Below, one piece after another: positions 34,151 to 38,130 of a stretch of 38,130 nt of DNA. Each line of letters opens with the position of its first letter. The stretch's first letter is position 1. Under the pieces are notes generated by a model. It saw only the letters and a list, made by a program, of their open reading frames with translations, did not search any database and was not told the origin of the DNA. Both the position numbers and the translations under genes were made by a program. Source of the DNA: Octopus bimaculoides (lineage: Eukaryota); contig NC_068981.1 in the NCBI RefSeq assembly GCF_001194135.2, positions 146,543,682 to 146,581,811 on the forward strand, in the 5' to 3' direction.

Positions 34151-34927
34151 ACTTTAATTTTTTTCCACTTAATCATATTTCTACCAAATATTTGTAACTG
34201 TTCCGTAAAATTAGATTTGACTATTGATTCAACATTTGTCTTAACATATTCCTATTGTGATAATCATGAATATTTACTTGTTTTTAACAAATTCCAAATA
34301 TTTGTTTATTCTCTGTATGGGTCTATGTGTCACTTTGATAAGTGCCTCTAAAATTTTAACAAATACTAAGTTATAGCAAAATAAAGAATAATGCCAACAA
34401 AAACATCAAGGTTTTTTTAATTGAGAACTTTTAATTTTTATTCATTCAAATTCCTAATTTAATTTTTGTAATCAGAAAACAAAAGAATTTTAAATATTCA
34501 GAATAATTTATAATTAAGAGAAATTATAACAGCTTGACCTATAATAATAGCAGATTAACTTAGATGCTCAGACTTTGAAAAATGCCAGAGCACAATAATC
34601 AGAACACATCCCCTTCAGAACACAGAACATTCAATTATTCTTCCAGAGAAACCATTCCCAGCACCGGTACATTGTTTCCTTTGCAAGTTTTCCATGTCCT
34701 TTCTGTTTATTTTTTTTTTATTTTCTACTTTATTTACTTTTTTTTTTCTTTTTTTTTTCAAAACGCAAAGATAATTTAATTATTTTACAAATCTGGTGGG
34801 GAAACAATATACATCTCCATTATAGGACTGTCATTAAATACTGATAATTTTCGTAATTAATAAATAATCTGTACAGTCTTCACTAATGACCGCAACCAAA
34901 TTGAATTCATAAGATTCATTTCTTTGG

Positions 34928-35357
34928 TCAGGTAACCTCTGAAGAAGAAGCTGAGAAGAACTCATTCCAGAAATTTAAGAGTCGGTTTTCATTGTTGTTA
35001 CAAAATTTCCTGAAGTCCAAAAGAACTTTGTCTTGAAAGAGTTCATCTCCAGTGAATGTTGTGCGCCATCGCTTGGATAACATATGGTTCCATGACCAAA
35101 GAATAGGAAAGTATGCTGACAAAGAATTCTGTTTGTGGCGTAGGTCACCACAGTGTTCAATGTAATTCACAGCAGTTTCTGTTACTTGAGAGGAGGAACA
35201 AGTTGACCTTTGTTTGGTACCAAGTTTACAGAGATTGTCGATGGTAGCGAGTATGATGAACATCCCTCCAGAACAGTGAATATACTGTTCAACTTCAATA
35301 CAGTACCATGGAGATTGGCTGTCATCATTCTGCATCTTCACGCTAATGAAACCAAAT
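34928..35357 (-). CDS. DEPDC5: DEPDC5/Iml1 (GATOR1 subunit), last coding exon, C-terminal domain
   Basis: Acceptor tttattttactttcAG|ATTTGG at 35358/35357, open to TGA at 34930-34928. Translation (R)FGFISVK...QYIHCSGGMF...WSWNHMLSKRWRTTFTGDELFQDKVLLDFRKFCNNNENRLLNFW matches the recalled human DEPDC5 C-terminus (RFGFVQDK...QYIHVTG...[44 protein letters not shown]). Confidence 0.93.
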
Positions 35358-35627
35358 CTGAAAGTAAAATAAATAAATGAACGGAACATTATAAAATAAA
35401 CATAACATGTGACTGCAGTTGCAAAACTTAGTCAAACAGAAAGAACATATGCTAACTTGTGCAATTTATGTAATTAATCCAGAAAGAGATGCAGGAGAAA
35501 AAATACAAAACAAACAGAAATTTTATGAGAACTCAGTAAAGCAAAATAAATAACCACTAAAACGAATGGCAATTAGGAAATGGTTCAAAATGTGAATATA
35601 GATGTGATAAAAGAGTTCACCTTATAT

Positions 35628-35800
35628 CTTTTACTTCTTTTAGTCATTAGCCTGTGGCCATGCTGGGGCACCGCCTTGAAGAATTTTTAGTCAAATGAAT
35701 CAAACCCAGTACTTAATTTTTTTTTTTAAGCCTGGTATTTATTCTATCGATCTCTTTTGCTGAACTACTAAGTTACAGGAACATAAACACACCAACACAC
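35628..35800 (-). mobile_element. Family B SINE 3' half (DEPDC5 last intron)
   Basis: cttttacttcttttagtcattagcctgtggccatgctggggcaccgccttgaag...tattctatcgatctc... Confidence 0.85.
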
Positions 35801-36119
35801 ATCAAAAGAGTTATAGACTGTAGCAAATATTATGCGACGGTAACATATAAAATGCAACGGACTTAATAAGGAAGACAGACTAAGTCACAATTGACAGAAA
35901 TACAGACATTATACAGGTTCTCAAGTAAAAATATTGATATACTTAAATGTAACTGCTTCTACAAAGACACTTTTGAACCTATATATGGGATCAATAAATG
36001 GTGGAGAGGGGCCAATGAGGGTGCTTCTATGAAGCCTACTAGAAATAACAGCTATATCTCTCACGAATCAGTCTTCAATCTTCAAAAAAGAATGATACAT
36101 TGGATTAATGTATGTGAAT

Positions 36120-36265
36120 AAAAGGAAGGAACTTAGATCCCCAACCACATGGCTCTGGGTTCGGTCCCGTTGCATGACATCTAGGACAAAGTATCTTCTG
36201 CTATAGCCTCTGACCAACCAAAGCCCAGTGACTGAATTTGATAGACAGGAACTGAAACACAGCGT

Positions 36266-36300
<35 letters not shown>

Positions 36301-36470
36301 GGACGTATGTCTTTTGTGTTTGTCCTCTATCATCACTTGACAACTGTTGTTGGTATGTTTACATCCCCATTACTTAGCAGTTAAGCCAAAGAAACCAATA
36401 GAATAAGTACCAGGGTTGATTTATTCGACTAAAATTCAAGGCAGTGCCCCAACATGGCCACAGTCTAATT
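36120..36470 (+). mobile_element. Family B SINE (DEPDC5 last intron)
   Basis: ccaaccacatggctctgggttcggtccc...(GT)n...aatagaataagtaccagg...aaggcagtgccccaacatggccacagtc. Confidence 0.85.
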
Positions 36471-36585
36471 ACTCTTCAGCAAAGTTTGACAAATACAAGA
36501 GACAACTCTAGACATATTTCACTATTATTGAAATTCTTCAGCAGAAATATATTCTTCTGTATCAAGCTGAAACTTTCACTTTTAG

Positions 36586-36760
36586 GTGCCAGCATGGTTG
36601 TGTGGTTAAGAAGCTCAATTTGCAACCACGCGGTTTCAGGTTCAGTTCTACTGCTTGGTACCTTGGGTAAGTGTGATCTATTACAACCCTAGGCTAACCA
36701 ATGCTTTGTGAGTCAATTTGGTAGACAGAAGCTGTGAAGAAGCTTGTCATATATATATAT
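36586..36760 (+). mobile_element. Family B-like SINE 5' half
   Basis: gcatggttgtgtggttaagaagc...gcaaccacgcggtttcaggttcagttc...gtcaatttggtagacagaagctg. Confidence 0.8.
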
Positions 36761-37157
36761 GGATATAAATGAATAAATATTCAAAAATTATTTATATAGA
36801 TATTATTGATTGTTATTAGTGGTAAAATGAATAACAACAACAATAATATAAGTAGCTAGCAAGCAAAAGCCAATAAATAGTAAATCCAAAATTTTATAAT
36901 TAATGTATAATTATAATAGGACACATGATGTGCCAGCATTGCTGTAAAAATCAGAGTCAAAAAAAATGCTCTAAAAAAAAATACCAATCACTGGAAATAC
37001 AAGCACAAAGGAAATTGGGCAACGAGCAAAGGCATTAACTTACCATCATAGCAGAAAAGATGGAGATATACATACATACATACATACATACATTTATATA
37101 TATACATACATACATATATATATATATACATACATATATATATATATACATACATAC

Positions 37158-37233
37158 NNNNNNNNNNNNNNNNNNNNNNNNNNNNNNNNNNNNNNNNNNN
37201 NNNNNNNNNNNNNNNNNNNNNNNNNNNNNNNNN
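37158..37233. other. Assembly gap (76 N) inside an intronic TA/TACA microsatellite
   Basis: N run. Confidence 1.
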
Positions 37234-37384
37234 ATATATATATATACATGCAGAACTAATACTATTTATACTTTAGTTGTTGTACCAGAACCAAACATTG
37301 AGAACCAGATATTTTTCCATTCAGTCTATTCCCATATTGTCTCTGGCATAAAATCTATTTTAAAAAATCACCAGAGAACCTTAC

Positions 37385-37445
37385 CTTTTCACAACTGCGG
37401 ACTGGAATTTCAAGATAATTTTTGTAGTTTCATTAAAATCCTTCC
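37385..37445 (-). CDS. DEPDC5: DEPDC5 penultimate coding exon (61 nt)
   Basis: Acceptor ttctttctcttcAG|GG and donor AAAG|GTAAGG. Reads xKDFNETTKIILKFQSAVVK plus AG, which joins the A of the next exon to give R-F-G-F, matching ...FQEAIAHRFGF of DEPDC5. Splice phases are consistent. Confidence 0.88.
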
Positions 37446-37691
37446 CTGAAGAGAAAGAATGAAAGAAACAATTATTCAAATAACTTTCTAAAAGTCTTTG
37501 AGAAGACATGAGAAAGTAGACTATTTATGATTAACACACCTACACACAAACACTGTTAACTTTCATTATACTAAATATATATAATATCACTTGTTAAGAT
37601 AAACATCCTAAATGCCAAAGTGCATCCAACATTATTTTTGAAGTTTCAAGTAATTTTACAATCATTATTATTTTCATTACTTTTGTTGTAG

Positions 37692-37910
37692 TTAAGGTGG
37701 TGAGCTGGCAGAATCATTACTATGCCAGGAAAAAATGCTGAGAGGTATTTTGTCCATCTTTACATTCTGGGTTCAAATGCTACCAGGGTCAACTCTGCTT
37801 TTCCTCTTTTCCATGTCTATAAAATAAGTAGCATTTGAGCACTGAGGTCAATTTAATCGACTTAACTCCTCCCCTGAAATTGCTGGCCTTGTACCAAAAA
37901 TTTGAGACCA
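37692..37910 (+). mobile_element. Family A SINE
   Basis: aaggtggtgagctggcagaatc...ttgctggccttgtaccaaaaatttgagacc, followed by (TAC)n. Confidence 0.85.
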
Positions 37911-37941
37911 TTACTATTACTACTACTACTACTACTACTAT

Positions 37942-38066
37942 AGTGGTGAGTGAACTGGCAGAATCATAAGCATGCCAGACAAAATGTTTAGTGGCATGTC
38001 ATCTGTCTTTATGTTCTGAGTTCAAATTCTGTCGGAGTTGACTTTACCTTTCATCCTTTTGGGAGA
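37942..38066 (+). mobile_element. Family A SINE 5' part
   Basis: gtggtgagtgaactggcagaatc...ttctgagttcaaattctgtcggagttgactttacctttcatcc. Confidence 0.8.
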
Positions 38067-38090
38067 CAAACACAAAGATACATACACATG

Positions 38091-38130
<40 letters not shown>

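Overview
AT-rich, repeat-dense eukaryotic DNA. The tRNA-derived SINE families and microsatellite load point to an octopod cephalopod (Octopus-like); this is inferred from repeat content. Only one host gene is supported: the last two coding exons of DEPDC5/Iml1 (GATOR1 subunit) on the minus strand (37385-37445 and 34928-35357), joined in phase across a 2027-nt GT-AG intron. The rest is decayed transposons: RTE/BovB, RTE-X, R4/Dong-like and CR1/L2 LINE pieces, Tigger, mariner, hAT (Buster relic plus MITEs with 8-bp TSDs), Chapaev-like and Helitron relics, many SINEs, a 5S rRNA pseudogene, mini- and microsatellites, and three N gaps. The most notable structures are two RTE-clade insertions with 5'-inverted (twin-priming-type) geometry, one with a TSD; a ~2-kb foldback with long inverted arms around a promoter-like, hammerhead-like core; a 5S copy in tandem with a tRNA-SINE; and an inverted SINE pair in the last DEPDC5 intron. 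All family assignments come from manual translation and recalled motifs, not database searches. Repeat boundaries are approximate unless a TIR or TSD is quoted.
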